Below are positions 9,427-18,746 of a stretch of DNA of 64,000 nt, piece after piece (positions within the stretch are counted from its first letter, which is position 1; each line of letters opens with the position of its first letter). The translations under genes and the position numbers were made by a program. Under the pieces are notes generated by a model that had not been told where the DNA came from, did not search any database, and was given only the letters and a program-made list of their open reading frames with translations. The stretch is taken from positions 1,554 through 65,553 of the forward strand of contig JACQQV010000002.1 in assembly GCA_016206785.1 (NCBI GenBank). Direction: 5' to 3'. The stretch comes from Candidatus Omnitrophota bacterium. Lineage in GTDB: Bacteria > Omnitrophota > Gorgyraeia > JACQQV01.

Positions 9427-10476
9427 CTATTTTTTCCCCTTCTTCAATTGGTCAAGGGCTCTCTGGACCTGTACGTAATCCGGGTTGATGAGGAGTGCTT
9501 TCTGGTACTCCTGCATCGCCTCTTCATGCCGCCCCAACTGGTGAAGGGCATGTCCAAGGCCGTAGTGAAAATCGGCATAGTGTGGGTGCGCCGCCAAGGC
9601 GTCTTGATAGATCTGAACGAGGGTGTTGTAAAACCCGATATCCTTTTGGGCCTTCCGGAGCGCCATGAAAGTATCCGCGAGATTCGGGTCGATCATCAGG
9701 GCGCGTGAGAATTCCTCTTCTGCCTGCCGGAGAAAGGCCTCTTTGGCTTCTGGTGTTTCCTTTTTGAGAAGCGCAAGACCTTCTTGTAATTCGCGATTTT
9801 CCGGTGAGAGCGACAGTGCATGATGAAAGGTTTCGCTCGCCTTGGTCAGATCTCCAGAAAAGGCATAGGCGTATCCGAGTTTGAGATGGGCCTCGAGATA
9901 TCTCGCATTGAGTCGAATCGCTTCGCGGAAAGAGGCGATCGCGCCGGCATACTCCTTTTTGTGATTGAGAATCACACCGAGGAAATAGTGGAGGTCTGCA
10001 TGACGATTCTCCATCTCAATCGCCTTGCGAACCTCTAAAATCGCCTCATCGTATCGGCCGCTGTTACAATAAGCCAGGGAGAGCCGCAGGTGCCCCTGAG
10101 AATCGGCCGGTTCCTCTTCGATGACATAGGTGAGCTCCCGCAACGCCTCTGCATATCTTCCTTCATTGTTATAGCAGACCCCCAGATACGCATGGATCTC
10201 AAGATTTTCAGGGGTGAGTGTCACCGCTTTCTCAAATCTGGGAATCGCCTCGGCATAGCGGCCGGCATGCATGTCTACAAGCCCCAAATTGCGATACGCC
10301 TGTCCGGCATAGAAGAGGGCGAGTCGCGGATAAAGCCGGCCCCCCATCAACGGGCTCCTTGTGATCTTCTCAAATTCCTGAATCGCCTCCATGTAGGCGG
10401 CGCGATTGTAAAAGGCCATCGCCCGGTTGTAGGTTTCGTTACCCCCCAATGTCAGAATCTTCTTAAAAAGAGACAT
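9427..10476 (-). CDS. TPR-repeat protein
   Basis: Multiple 34-aa TPR units are present (AxxYxxLG..., EAIxxFxKAL...). The start was trimmed to the ATG at 10476, which is preceded by GGAGGATAAC. Confidence 0.75.
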   Translation of the reverse strand: MSLFKKILTLGGNETYNRAMAFYNRAAYMEAIQEFEKITRSPLMGGRLYPRLALFYAGQAYRNLGLVDMHAGRYAEAIPRFEKAVTLTPENLEIHAYLGVCYNNEGRYAEALRELTYVIEEEPADSQGHLRLSLAYCNSGRYDEAILEVRKAIEMENRHADLHYFLGVILNHKKEYAGAIASFREAIRLNARYLEAHLKLGYAYAFSGDLTKASETFHHALSLSPENRELQEGLALLKKETPEAKEAFLRQAEEEFSRALMIDPNLADTFMALRKAQKDIGFYNTLVQIYQDALAAHPHYADFHYGLGHALHQLGRHEEAMQEYQKALLINPDYVQVQRALDQLKKGKK

Positions 10477-10493
10477 GTTATCCTCCAATTTAC

Positions 10494-10550
10494 TGTTTAC
10501 GGTTTACGGTGTACGGTAATACCGTAAACCGTACACTGTCCACCGTACAC
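10494..10550. repeat. Heptad-periodic imperfect palindrome (GGTTTAC GGTGTAC GGTAATA | CCGTAAA CCGTACA CTGTCCA CCGTACA)
   Basis: The sequence read directly is tgtttacggtttacggtgtacggtaataccgtaaaccgtacactgtccaccgtacac. It can fold into a stem of about 20 bp with 3 mismatches and lies between the sugar-transferase stop (10554) and the TPR RBS. Confidence 0.5.
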
Positions 10551-10553
10551 TTT

Positions 10554-11180
10554 CTAATACGCTCCCCGGCGTGAAAGAACCGCCGGAAGGGTGCGAATTA
10601 AAATCTTGACATCCAAAAGAAACGACTGGTGTTGGATATAATAAAGATCGAGTTGAACCCATTCTGAAAAAGAGATCTCGCTCCGTCCGCTCACCTGCCA
10701 AAGACAGGTGAGGCCTGGTGTCACTTCAAGCCTTTTTCTCTGAAGCGGCGTGTAGACGGCCACCTCCTCTGGAAGGGGTGGCCTCGGTCCTACCAGACTC
10801 ATCTGTCCTTTCAGCACATTGATAAGCTGTGGAAGTTCATCCAATGTGGAGCGTCGCAGCAGGCGACCGACCCGCGTGACCCGTGGATCATTCTTGATTT
10901 TAAAGATGGGGCCTTCTGCAACGTTGAGATGTTTCAGTTGTTCCTTCATCTCTTCCGCCCCCGCCTGCATGGAACGGAATTTGTACAGGACGAAAGACTT
11001 CCCCCCTTTTCCGATGCGGACCTGTTTAAAAATGATCGGGCCTTTGGAATCGGCTCTGATGCAGAGGGCGATCAGCACCCAGAGTGGAAAAGACAAAAGG
11101 ATTCCGAGGAGAGACATGACAATGTCCATGAGCCTTTTGATCAAGTGATACCAGATGCCGTAAGAGTCTTTTTGGGTCAT
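10554..11180 (-). CDS. polyprenyl-phosphate sugar phosphotransferase (bacterial sugar transferase family, WbaP/PglC-like priming enzyme)
   Basis: It has a single N-terminal TM segment and the catalytic-domain motifs PIIFKQVRIGKGGKSFVLYKFRSM and DELPQLINVLKGQMSLVGPRP. The start was trimmed to an ATG that overlaps the upstream stop (ATGA). Confidence 0.85.
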   Translation of the reverse strand: MTQKDSYGIWYHLIKRLMDIVMSLLGILLSFPLWVLIALCIRADSKGPIIFKQVRIGKGGKSFVLYKFRSMQAGAEEMKEQLKHLNVAEGPIFKIKNDPRVTRVGRLLRRSTLDELPQLINVLKGQMSLVGPRPPLPEEVAVYTPLQRKRLEVTPGLTCLWQVSGRSEISFSEWVQLDLYYIQHQSFLLDVKILIRTLPAVLSRRGAY

Positions 11181-11926
11181 AGCGTGACGAGACGCCGCAA
11201 GAGATCCCTCCAAAAGGAGGCCAAATTTGCTTTAATAAGAATATCTACGAGCACAAAACCGAGGCCCACAAAAAAATATTGATAACACTTGTGACGATCC
11301 ATTCGGAAACGGAGGAGTTGGGATAAAAGAGGTTCCGAAAGTGCAATACCACACAACACAAATCCGATCGCCCTCAGAACGCTCCAGGGAGGCCATCCCA
11401 CAAGAGACGAAAGGAGAGGATGGTGGCTATGAAGCGAAAGGCTTCCGACGTAAAAATTCATATAATTGAGAAGAAGCGAGCCAAAAGCGAGTCCCCACAC
11501 CCCCGCCGTGAAAAAGGAACTGGCACAGAAAAGGAGAAAATGCTTCAAATGTTCCGGGAGGAAAAGTTTGAGGCTTCCTTCCCTCCCTTCACCGGTCAAA
11601 ATCCATTGAAACATTTCATCGCGGTATTCGATTCCCTTGAAGACCGCCTGCGCCATCCGTACATCGTCATACCGGACCAGGAGGATCATGCAGACAGAAG
11701 AAGCGAAGGCCCAAAAAAGGGTGTGGAAGAGAGCGAGGTCCCGACGACCCTGGCTTAAATCTAACGCGTAGACAGGATAAATGACAAGGGTCATCAAGGC
11801 CGGGAAAAAAGCTTTTGAACCGCTCGCTCGGGCCATGAAAAAAGTGATCGCTGTCCCCAGAAGAAGGTAGAGATAGCACTTCCTCGACCGCACCCATTTC
11901 TCGAGTTGCCGCTTCATGTGAAACAC
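11177..11926 (-). CDS. hypothetical polytopic membrane protein
   Basis: The 249-aa ORF has several hydrophobic segments and no recognised motif. Confidence 0.45.
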   Translation of the reverse strand: MFHMKRQLEKWVRSRKCYLYLLLGTAITFFMARASGSKAFFPALMTLVIYPVYALDLSQGRRDLALFHTLFWAFASSVCMILLVRYDDVRMAQAVFKGIEYRDEMFQWILTGEGREGSLKLFLPEHLKHFLLFCASSFFTAGVWGLAFGSLLLNYMNFYVGSLSLHSHHPLLSSLVGWPPWSVLRAIGFVLCGIALSEPLLSQLLRFRMDRHKCYQYFFVGLGFVLVDILIKANLASFWRDLLRRLVTL

Positions 11927-11964
11927 CTTATCTTTTTCGTTTTGACTTCTGAATTAGGAGTGCC

Positions 11965-12849
11965 CTAGTGACCCACTCCCCAATACGCCCAAGCGAGCCC
12001 CGCCTGAGCCGCCATCAGTATCAGATACATATGTTTCCAGGAAACATGATTTCGGTCTACCGCCAGCGCTTCCGGTTTACGCAGGATAAGCCGGGTGACA
12101 TAGCAACCCCACAGAGAAAGAAAAATTCCCAAAAACCAAAGGGCCCCCGCAGGCGCCTTCAACACATCCAACGATTTTCCGAACGGCAAAGCAAGAAAAG
12201 GAAAAATGAGAAAAGGGGCCATAAAGAGGGCTGCGCCGCGAAACCCCAAAAGATCCGGCAGGGTGCGGCAACCGTAGCGCCGGTCCCCTTCCACGTCGCT
12301 AAAATCTTTGGTGGTCGTCGCCCCGAAAACAAAAAGTCCAAACACCCCGCCGATAAACCAAGCCTCTTTCTCCCAGATATCCCGAACAGCGGCCCAGCCA
12401 CTGACCATGAGAAGCGTGCCGCGCGGGATGGCGATCCAGAGATTGGATAAAAAAGGAAATCGTTTCACTCGAAGGGGCGGACTTGAATAAAAAAAAGTGA
12501 TCCCTGCTGCAAGAAGGACGATGATAAAAAATTGCTTGTTGGGGACCGCCCAGGCGGCAAGAAAGGAGAGGAGAAAGAAAAAGAGAGTGCTCATTTTTGC
12601 TTCGAGAAGGGAGAGACGACCTGAAGGGAGCACGCGGTCCGGTTTGTTGAGACGATCAATGTCCAGATCGAATATCTGATTCACCCCATTCGAGGCAGCG
12701 TTGAGAAAGGCGGCAGAGGCGACCCCCCACAAGGTGGAAAGCGGTGGCCATCCCCTCGAACCGATCATTGCACCGGCCAAAACCCCGACGGACGGAGCCA
12801 GAAGCGTAAAAGGTCTTACCCATTCCCACAAGAGAAGCGGCGTCATCAT
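11965..12849 (-). CDS. UbiA-family prenyltransferase
   Basis: It has the NQIFDLDIDRLNKPDRVLPSG Asp-rich motif (NxxxDxxxD), a second Asp-containing region (KDFSDVEGDRRYG), and about 8 TM segments. Confidence 0.8.
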   Translation of the reverse strand: MMTPLLLWEWVRPFTLLAPSVGVLAGAMIGSRGWPPLSTLWGVASAAFLNAASNGVNQIFDLDIDRLNKPDRVLPSGRLSLLEAKMSTLFFFLLSFLAAWAVPNKQFFIIVLLAAGITFFYSSPPLRVKRFPFLSNLWIAIPRGTLLMVSGWAAVRDIWEKEAWFIGGVFGLFVFGATTTKDFSDVEGDRRYGCRTLPDLLGFRGAALFMAPFLIFPFLALPFGKSLDVLKAPAGALWFLGIFLSLWGCYVTRLILRKPEALAVDRNHVSWKHMYLILMAAQAGLAWAYWGVGH

Positions 12850-12852
12850 CGG

Positions 12853-13578
12853 TCACAAAAAAAGAGATGCCAAAATGATCACGGCGATCGCCCCGAAAAA
12901 AGTATTCAAAAAATTGCGTGTTTCATGACCTCCCAGGAAGGCGGAGCGGATGAGAAAACTTTCCACCAAAAATCCGATGGCGGAACCGACGACCACCAGA
13001 GGCATCTCCTCCTTTCGAACGAGCGTAAGAAAACAGGCGAGAAGCGTAAGGACGGTTCCCGCCCCGATTCCGAGAAGGGTCCCCTCAAACGAAACGCCTC
13101 CTGGCGTTCCGGGTGATACTTTTTTAAAAGAAGGGACCAAAAAGGTGGTCCGTCCATAGAGGGGCCCGAGTTCCGTCGCAGTCGTGTCGGCAAGCGCTGT
13201 CGCGAAAGAAGCGACAAACGCGAGCTGATAAAAAGACTTTCCTGTGAAAAAGACAAGGGAGGCGAGGAGGGCGCCCACCGAACAGTTCGCCAAGACTTCC
13301 CGGTAGGTCCGTCTCCCTTCCCGCTTCTGTGCAATGCCCCGTTCTTTTTTCGTCCCATAGCCCCATCGGGTAAAAAGTGTTCCGAGGATGAAGAAAGTGG
13401 CCATGACGGAAAAACCGCGAACGCCAAGACACCCGTAAATCCATGTCCCGAGCAAAAAACCGCTTGAGGCCCCTGAAAGCGTTACACTTTTTGCTGCCAA
13501 GGCGACCGTTGCAAAAAATAAATTCACGAAAAAACCAACCCACAGATTTGGAAAAATTAGATCGTCTCCTTGAGCCAC
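12853..13578 (-). CDS. DUF92/TMEM19-family membrane protein (VTE6 phytyl-phosphate-kinase-like)
   Basis: It carries the motifs TKKERGIAQKREGRRTYREVLANCSVGAL and ALADTTATELG, which are characteristic of DUF92 (COG1836). The 5' end overlaps the epimerase 3' end by about 22 nt, so the start may lie a little further in. Confidence 0.65.
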   Translation of the reverse strand: MAQGDDLIFPNLWVGFFVNLFFATVALAAKSVTLSGASSGFLLGTWIYGCLGVRGFSVMATFFILGTLFTRWGYGTKKERGIAQKREGRRTYREVLANCSVGALLASLVFFTGKSFYQLAFVASFATALADTTATELGPLYGRTTFLVPSFKKVSPGTPGGVSFEGTLLGIGAGTVLTLLACFLTLVRKEEMPLVVVGSAIGFLVESFLIRSAFLGGHETRNFLNTFFGAIAVIILASLFL

Positions 13579-14522
13579 CCGATCGTTGCCGCAAGTGCCT
13601 CTCTGAAAGGAGTAGGGGTATACCCTAAATCCCGTCTCGCTTTCTCGTCGCTAAAAACCCAGTCATGACGATACATGGCGAGGGACCCTTTCGTCAACGA
13701 TGGCTCCCGGCGGAAAAGATGCGCCAAGACTTCCTGAAAAACCGCATAGCCTTGTAGAAAAGAGATCGGGATTTCCCTCTTTGGAACAGGACAACCGGCC
13801 AACTCCGAGGCAAGCGTGAAGAACTCTCTCAAGGAAACTGTTTCTCCTCCTAAAAGATATTCTTCTCCAACCCTTCCGCCCTCCAACGCAAGACGGTGGC
13901 CTTCGGCCACATCCCGCACGTAAGCGAAATTCCAGCGCCATCTCCCTCCATCAAAATACCCTCTGAATTTCCTTTCCAGAAGTTCTTTCAGCATGAGCGA
14001 GATATGATTCCCTTCGGTCCATCTCCCCGGTCCGTACAATACCGTCGGGATAAGGGTGACGAGAGGATGCCCTTTTTTCTGATACGCCCGGGCCACCTCC
14101 AGCGCCTCCGCCTTAGAACGTTCGTACGCAGTGTGAAATGTCCGGTTCCCTCCGGTCGGGTCTGTCGGGCCGAGCGCAAACAAACTGGAAGTATAAAGAA
14201 AACGTCGGATTCCCGCATCCCAGGAGGCCTCGGCCAGATTCCGGAATCCCTCGACATTCACTTCATGAAAAAGGGATGCCTGTGGAACCCATTGTTTGAC
14301 CAGGGCGGCAAGGTGGAAGACCGCGTCGCACCCTTGAAGGGCCTTTTGAAGAGAGGGACGGTCCCGCACATCCCCCCACACGACCTGAACGTGGTTCAAC
14401 CGTTCCAAAGAGGCGGTGTTAGTTTTATCCCGGGCGAGGAGGCGCACAGAAAATTTTTTTGAAAGAGCCTCGACGAGGCAAGAGCCCAGATATCCGGTTC
14501 CCCCTGTCACAAGAAGTTGCAT
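13557..14522 (-). CDS. NAD-dependent epimerase/dehydratase (extended SDR)
   Basis: The N-terminus carries the Rossmann motif MQLLVTGGTGYLGS, and a YxxxK catalytic motif is present (YERSKAEAL). Confidence 0.85.
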   Translation of the reverse strand: MQLLVTGGTGYLGSCLVEALSKKFSVRLLARDKTNTASLERLNHVQVVWGDVRDRPSLQKALQGCDAVFHLAALVKQWVPQASLFHEVNVEGFRNLAEASWDAGIRRFLYTSSLFALGPTDPTGGNRTFHTAYERSKAEALEVARAYQKKGHPLVTLIPTVLYGPGRWTEGNHISLMLKELLERKFRGYFDGGRWRWNFAYVRDVAEGHRLALEGGRVGEEYLLGGETVSLREFFTLASELAGCPVPKREIPISFLQGYAVFQEVLAHLFRREPSLTKGSLAMYRHDWVFSDEKARRDLGYTPTPFREALAATIGWLKETI

Positions 14523-15182
14523 TCAAAATCCTACAAGAAAATAGCAAAGTGCGGCGCTCCCGAGAGGAACGGTGAGATTATCCATGCCTCGACCAGAAAC
14601 TGCCTCTACGAGCGTCGCGACCGTTGCAACGATGCCACTGTAAGCAAGCGTCCCTTGTAAAGGTCCCGGTTGAAAGAGAAGGAAACTGACCAGACCCCCC
14701 AAGAAAGTTCCTCCCCACATCATGGCCGATCCCTCGAGGGATTTCTCGGCCCCTCCGAGGCGATACCGGTGACGGCCCCACCGCTTTCCCGCCAGGGCCG
14801 CGAGTGGATCTCCCCACGCCATTCCCAAAATACCGACGGAGGCGAAGAGTCGAAGAGGCCCTTCCCAACAAAAGGTGAGAAGGATCACGAAAGAGATGGG
14901 AAAATAGACCGCCCCAAAGTTTCGATCCGTTGTGCCGAAAGAAAAAAAGCGTTTCCGTTCCAGATAAAGATTCACCCAAACAAAAGAGAACGGGGGAACG
15001 ATCGCGATGAACCAGTGGTCAAAAAGAAAAAAGGTGGGGAGGACCCAGCTACCGACGAAAAGATGGACAAGCTTCCTCGCCGTGAAGGGTGAAACCCATC
15101 CTTTCCCCTCTGCCCCTTTTGCGAGTGAAAGTATCGCCATCACGTAGGCAAAGGAAAGGAGGACTCCCCACCCTTCTTCCAT
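14523..15182 (-). CDS. CTP-dependent polyprenol kinase (dolichol/phytol kinase, VTE5-like, CdsA superfamily)
   Basis: It is a polytopic protein with the motifs RKLVH and DPLAALAGKRWGRHRY, which are typical of the dolichol/phytol kinase family. Confidence 0.6.
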   Translation of the reverse strand: MEEGWGVLLSFAYVMAILSLAKGAEGKGWVSPFTARKLVHLFVGSWVLPTFFLFDHWFIAIVPPFSFVWVNLYLERKRFFSFGTTDRNFGAVYFPISFVILLTFCWEGPLRLFASVGILGMAWGDPLAALAGKRWGRHRYRLGGAEKSLEGSAMMWGGTFLGGLVSFLLFQPGPLQGTLAYSGIVATVATLVEAVSGRGMDNLTVPLGSAALCYFLVGF

Positions 15183-15188
15183 GATTTC

Positions 15189-15374
15189 TTATTTCTTCTC
15201 AGAAAGTTTCTTCAACGACAAGGCGATGGAGAGCGCCAGACATCCCATCGCAAACCGCCAATAGACAAGCGGAGAAAAAAGGACCTCTTGTCCTGCAACC
15301 TTCAAGAGGATTCCCACCGCGAAAGAGAGACCTCCCATGAGAATGAGTACGTCAACGAGTTCTTTGTCTTTCAT
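15189..15374 (-). CDS. small 2-TM membrane protein (61 aa)
   Basis: It fills the gap between two operon genes and has two hydrophobic helices. There is no other support. Confidence 0.3.
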   Translation of the reverse strand: MKDKELVDVLILMGGLSFAVGILLKVAGQEVLFSPLVYWRFAMGCLALSIALSLKKLSEKK

Positions 15375-15388
15375 GACCCCTCCTTTCG

Positions 15389-17527
15389 TTATTGAAGAGA
15401 CGGTTTAAACGAGCTCCCATCCATCTCAGAAGGAACCGGCAACGCAAAAATCTCCAAGAGGGTGGGTGCGATATCCATCACATGAACGTTCTTCCGGGTG
15501 AGTTTCCGATTGCAAAAAAAGATACCGGAAGTGATCGAGGGATCGTAGGAACAGTGATCCCCACTCCATTTTTTCAGGTTGTCCTCAAAGATTTCTTTTG
15601 GAATCCCCCCTAAGGCGGTCTGCCAAGAAACACGATATCCTTCCTGAAACCCAAGGACGAGGTCCGGCGTCTCCTCCACGTAAGGGCCGGAATAGACTTC
15701 TTCCCGTCGATACACCTGCAAAAGAGGATGGATCCCCGTTGTGGGATCTTCAAGGGCTAAAAGCCCTTCCCTCAGACGGTTCCGAACGGCATCCGCCTCT
15801 GTCGGGGAGAGGATGCCTTCAGGTTCCCGGCCTACCCGATTGAGGTAGATCCCTGCGAGGCCGATCGCATAGGCCTCCGTTTTCGACCAATCGACATTGG
15901 GCCAGAATTCTCCGCGGCCAAAAAGATCTTCCAGGTTTCGGTCTCTCACCTGTTCCATCCCCTTTAACGTCATATACCCCTGTTGGACAAGCCAGGTGTT
16001 GAGATTCACCGATCGGCGAAAACTGTGAAATCCATGATCTGAGAGAACGAAAAGGATCGTGCCCGCATCTACAAAGCGATCCACGACCTCTCCCACGGTC
16101 CGATCCATTTCCTGATAAACCTTCAAAATCGCATCGCCATCCCTTGCTGCCTCCGCCGCATCGTAGGCCGGATGGTCCGGATCGAGCGTCCGCCAAAACA
16201 TATGTTGCACCCGGTCGGTTCCTTCAAAGACGCCGACAAAAAGTTTCCAGTCGGATTTTGCCAATTCATGGAACATGATCTCTTTTCTTTTGTTTTCCGT
16301 GAAGAAAAGATCCTCGAGGAAGGCCTTTTCATCCATCCGGTTCTCGTTCAAGGACCAGGTGTCGATCGCCCATCCCAAGGTCTTAAAAAGCCCCACTTCT
16401 TCCACAAGATCTTTTGAAAATCGTCGAGGGGAAGAGATGGAAAAACTGAAAGGAATTCTTGCCGGATGAAAATTGATCGGGGAAAGGTAGAGTTTAAAGG
16501 GAGACAGAGAGAGAAGGTAAAACCGGCCGATGCCATACACATGAAGGAGGGGATTAAAATCAAACTGGAAGGTAACCCAGGGACTCCACTGGCTTTCCTT
16601 GAGAGGATAAGACTTTCCTTGAAATTGAATCGTGCAGTTTTTCTCAGTCGGGTCGACCAAGAATTGAATCTCCGGCAGAATCGGAGGAGAGCCCTTCCGC
16701 GCAAAGTTCTTAGGTCCCCAGACAAAGGTTTTGATCTTCCCTTTCTGAATGACGACGGGGATGACCTTTCCTCCCATTTCGGTATCTTCCTGGTGAACTT
16801 CCTCCGACGTATAAAAGGAAAAGGTACCATAGGTTTTCCGCACATCGGGAACTCCCAACCCTGACAATAACCGACTGTTGAGGGGAAGCGCTTCCGCGGG
16901 AAAGGTCACAGGGGTTTGAATCACAACGGTTGGAATCCCATGACGCGAGGTGATCTTCCAAAACGACTCTCCCCCTCGCCGGAAAATCGGTTTCGGGATC
17001 TCCGTTGGAAGCCATTGTAAGAGGAAAAAAGAGGCGCAGAAGACAAGAAGCGCTGTCCCCACCGAAAGGAGAAGTCGCTTTTTTCTCCGAATGAAGAGAA
17101 GAGAAGTGACCCAAAAAGCAAAAAGTCCGAAGAAGGCGGAAACAAGAAGACGGTGTAGCGGATGAGGCAAAAGAACAATTTTCCCCTCACCCACCATCGC
17201 AAAATCAGGGTAATAACTTCCCGGCATCCGCGTTAAAAAATCAAAGATGCGGGTTTTGCCGGGGTTCATGCCTGTCGCAAAACTCGCCCACGAGACGGGA
17301 GACTGAGGAGGAAGTGTCGTTCCCAGGGGAAGATAGGTCCCCTTCCCCCGCAACGCGGCAAGATGTGGAAGGGCTCCTTGGGTCATGAATTTCTCAAGGA
17401 GGGTCGGATCGACCCCATCAAACCCCAAGACGATCACCCGGTTCGCATCTTTTGCGGAGAACGATTCGGAGAGGGAACTGAGTGTTAAAAAGAGGATTAG
17501 GAAAAGAACAAAAATTTTTGTAACCAT
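15389..17527 (-). CDS. alkaline-phosphatase-family enzyme (type I phosphodiesterase/nucleotide pyrophosphatase-like), exported with internal TM segments
   Basis: It has the metal-site motifs VIVLGFDGVDPTLL and TTLPPQSPVSWASFATGMNPGKT, a signal peptide (MVTKIFVLFLILFLTLSSLS) and a central hydrophobic hairpin. The start was trimmed to the ATG at 17527. Confidence 0.65.
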   Translation of the reverse strand: MVTKIFVLFLILFLTLSSLSESFSAKDANRVIVLGFDGVDPTLLEKFMTQGALPHLAALRGKGTYLPLGTTLPPQSPVSWASFATGMNPGKTRIFDFLTRMPGSYYPDFAMVGEGKIVLLPHPLHRLLVSAFFGLFAFWVTSLLFIRRKKRLLLSVGTALLVFCASFFLLQWLPTEIPKPIFRRGGESFWKITSRHGIPTVVIQTPVTFPAEALPLNSRLLSGLGVPDVRKTYGTFSFYTSEEVHQEDTEMGGKVIPVVIQKGKIKTFVWGPKNFARKGSPPILPEIQFLVDPTEKNCTIQFQGKSYPLKESQWSPWVTFQFDFNPLLHVYGIGRFYLLSLSPFKLYLSPINFHPARIPFSFSISSPRRFSKDLVEEVGLFKTLGWAIDTWSLNENRMDEKAFLEDLFFTENKRKEIMFHELAKSDWKLFVGVFEGTDRVQHMFWRTLDPDHPAYDAAEAARDGDAILKVYQEMDRTVGEVVDRFVDAGTILFVLSDHGFHSFRRSVNLNTWLVQQGYMTLKGMEQVRDRNLEDLFGRGEFWPNVDWSKTEAYAIGLAGIYLNRVGREPEGILSPTEADAVRNRLREGLLALEDPTTGIHPLLQVYRREEVYSGPYVEETPDLVLGFQEGYRVSWQTALGGIPKEIFEDNLKKWSGDHCSYDPSITSGIFFCNRKLTRKNVHVMDIAPTLLEIFALPVPSEMDGSSFKPSLQ

Positions 17528-17528
17528 A

Positions 17529-18746
17529 TCATTTAAAAGAGGTTCTAATTTTCGTATTATAACATAATGAAAGAACCCCGTCAACGCATTTAAGGAATGC
17601 GAGTGTTACAAAGACGACCAGATAGGGTTCGATGACCATCCGATATTTCGCCCGGCCGAAAAAGATGAGAGAACAGAGAAGGTATTGAAGGATCACGCCG
17701 TAAAGGAGCGTGGGCCTTCCCCCCAGACGGAGACTTAACACGAGCCCCCAAGGGAGAAAGACCAAATAGACCAGACTAAAACCAAAGAGCGCTGGCAGAT
17801 TTTTCCCTCCGTGAAGACTGAAAGCGGCGAGCCCTTTGCGGAGAAATAGGTAGAGGAGCGCAGGAGGGTTTTCTCTCAAGAGCTTTTTCCAAAAAAGAAA
17901 CCCTTGCTTGAAAAGGACGCGGTCCCCTTCGACCTCCGACAAAAGAATCTCTCGGCCTTCTACCCTCTTCACGACTTTCCCCGGCGGCACCCAATGGGAA
18001 GCAAGGCCTGCCTTGGCCGGATCGAGAAGGGCATTCGGATTATTGGCATCCCAGAAAGTGGTCCCCCCGTGGGTCGCCAACGGGACAAAGGCATGAAGCA
18101 GCCGATAATTCCGGAAGGTCCATGGGGATAAGACCACGATCAGCGCCATGCAAAATCCAACGAGTGAATGAAAGGGGCGCTTCCCTTCTCGAACGAGATG
18201 GACCATCACAAAAGGAAGGAAAAAGATAAGAGGGGATCGGCACAAAAGGAGAACTCCGAAGAGAAACCCCCCTCCCCAAGAGCGAGCGTGACTTTCTCCC
18301 TTAAGGAAAACCAGTAAAAAAAGCGCTAGGAGAAAAAGCCCCAATGTTTCCGAGAGGATGTTTCCGGCATAAGAGATGAGGATCGGGTGACACGCGCATA
18401 GAAACGTTGCCCACAGGCTCACCCTTTTTGAAAAATAGAGACGAAAAATTGCGTAAAATAGGAGGGTCGAGAAAGCCCCCAAAAGCGATTGTGTGAGACG
18501 GACGGCAAGATAAGAATGGCCGAAGAAAAAGTAAATCGCGGCGAGAAAAAGAGGATAGAGGGGCGTTCGACTGGCCCACGTGGTTCCGTTGGTGAACCCC
18601 TTTCCAGAAAGAAGGTTCATCGCATACCGGTCATAATCCCGCGCATCAAAAAAAGTAAGATCCTTGTCAAATCCGACGCCGAGGCATACGACAAGGAGCC
18701 GAAGAAAAAGGGCAAGAAGAAAGATCCAAAAAAGAGGTTCTTTCAT
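17529..18746 (-). CDS. GT-C glycosyltransferase, family 39/83-like (ArnT/PMT-like, polyprenyl-phosphate-sugar dependent)
   Basis: It has many TM helices and the N-terminal loop motif DARDYDRYAMNLLSGKGF (the DE/Dxx motif of ArnT/PMT enzymes). The start at 18746 overlaps the upstream stop (ATGA). Confidence 0.65.
   Translation of the reverse strand: MKEPLFWIFLLALFLRLLVVCLGVGFDKDLTFFDARDYDRYAMNLLSGKGFTNGTTWASRTPLYPLFLAAIYFFFGHSYLAVRLTQSLLGAFSTLLFYAIFRLYFSKRVSLWATFLCACHPILISYAGNILSETLGLFLLALFLLVFLKGESHARSWGGGFLFGVLLLCRSPLIFFLPFVMVHLVREGKRPFHSLVGFCMALIVVLSPWTFRNYRLLHAFVPLATHGGTTFWDANNPNALLDPAKAGLASHWVPPGKVVKRVEGREILLSEVEGDRVLFKQGFLFWKKLLRENPPALLYLFLRKGLAAFSLHGGKNLPALFGFSLVYLVFLPWGLVLSLRLGGRPTLLYGVILQYLLCSLIFFGRAKYRMVIEPYLVVFVTLAFLKCVDGVLSLCYNTKIRTSFK

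Noticed and set aside
10494-10550. Possible CRISPR array
   Set aside because: The repeat units are only 7 nt, with no spacers and no cas genes. They are better described as a structured palindrome.
12906-13427. Alternative-frame ORF of 173 aa overlapping the DUF92 gene
   Set aside because: It is in a different frame on the same strand, proline/serine/arginine-rich, and has no membrane or enzyme features.
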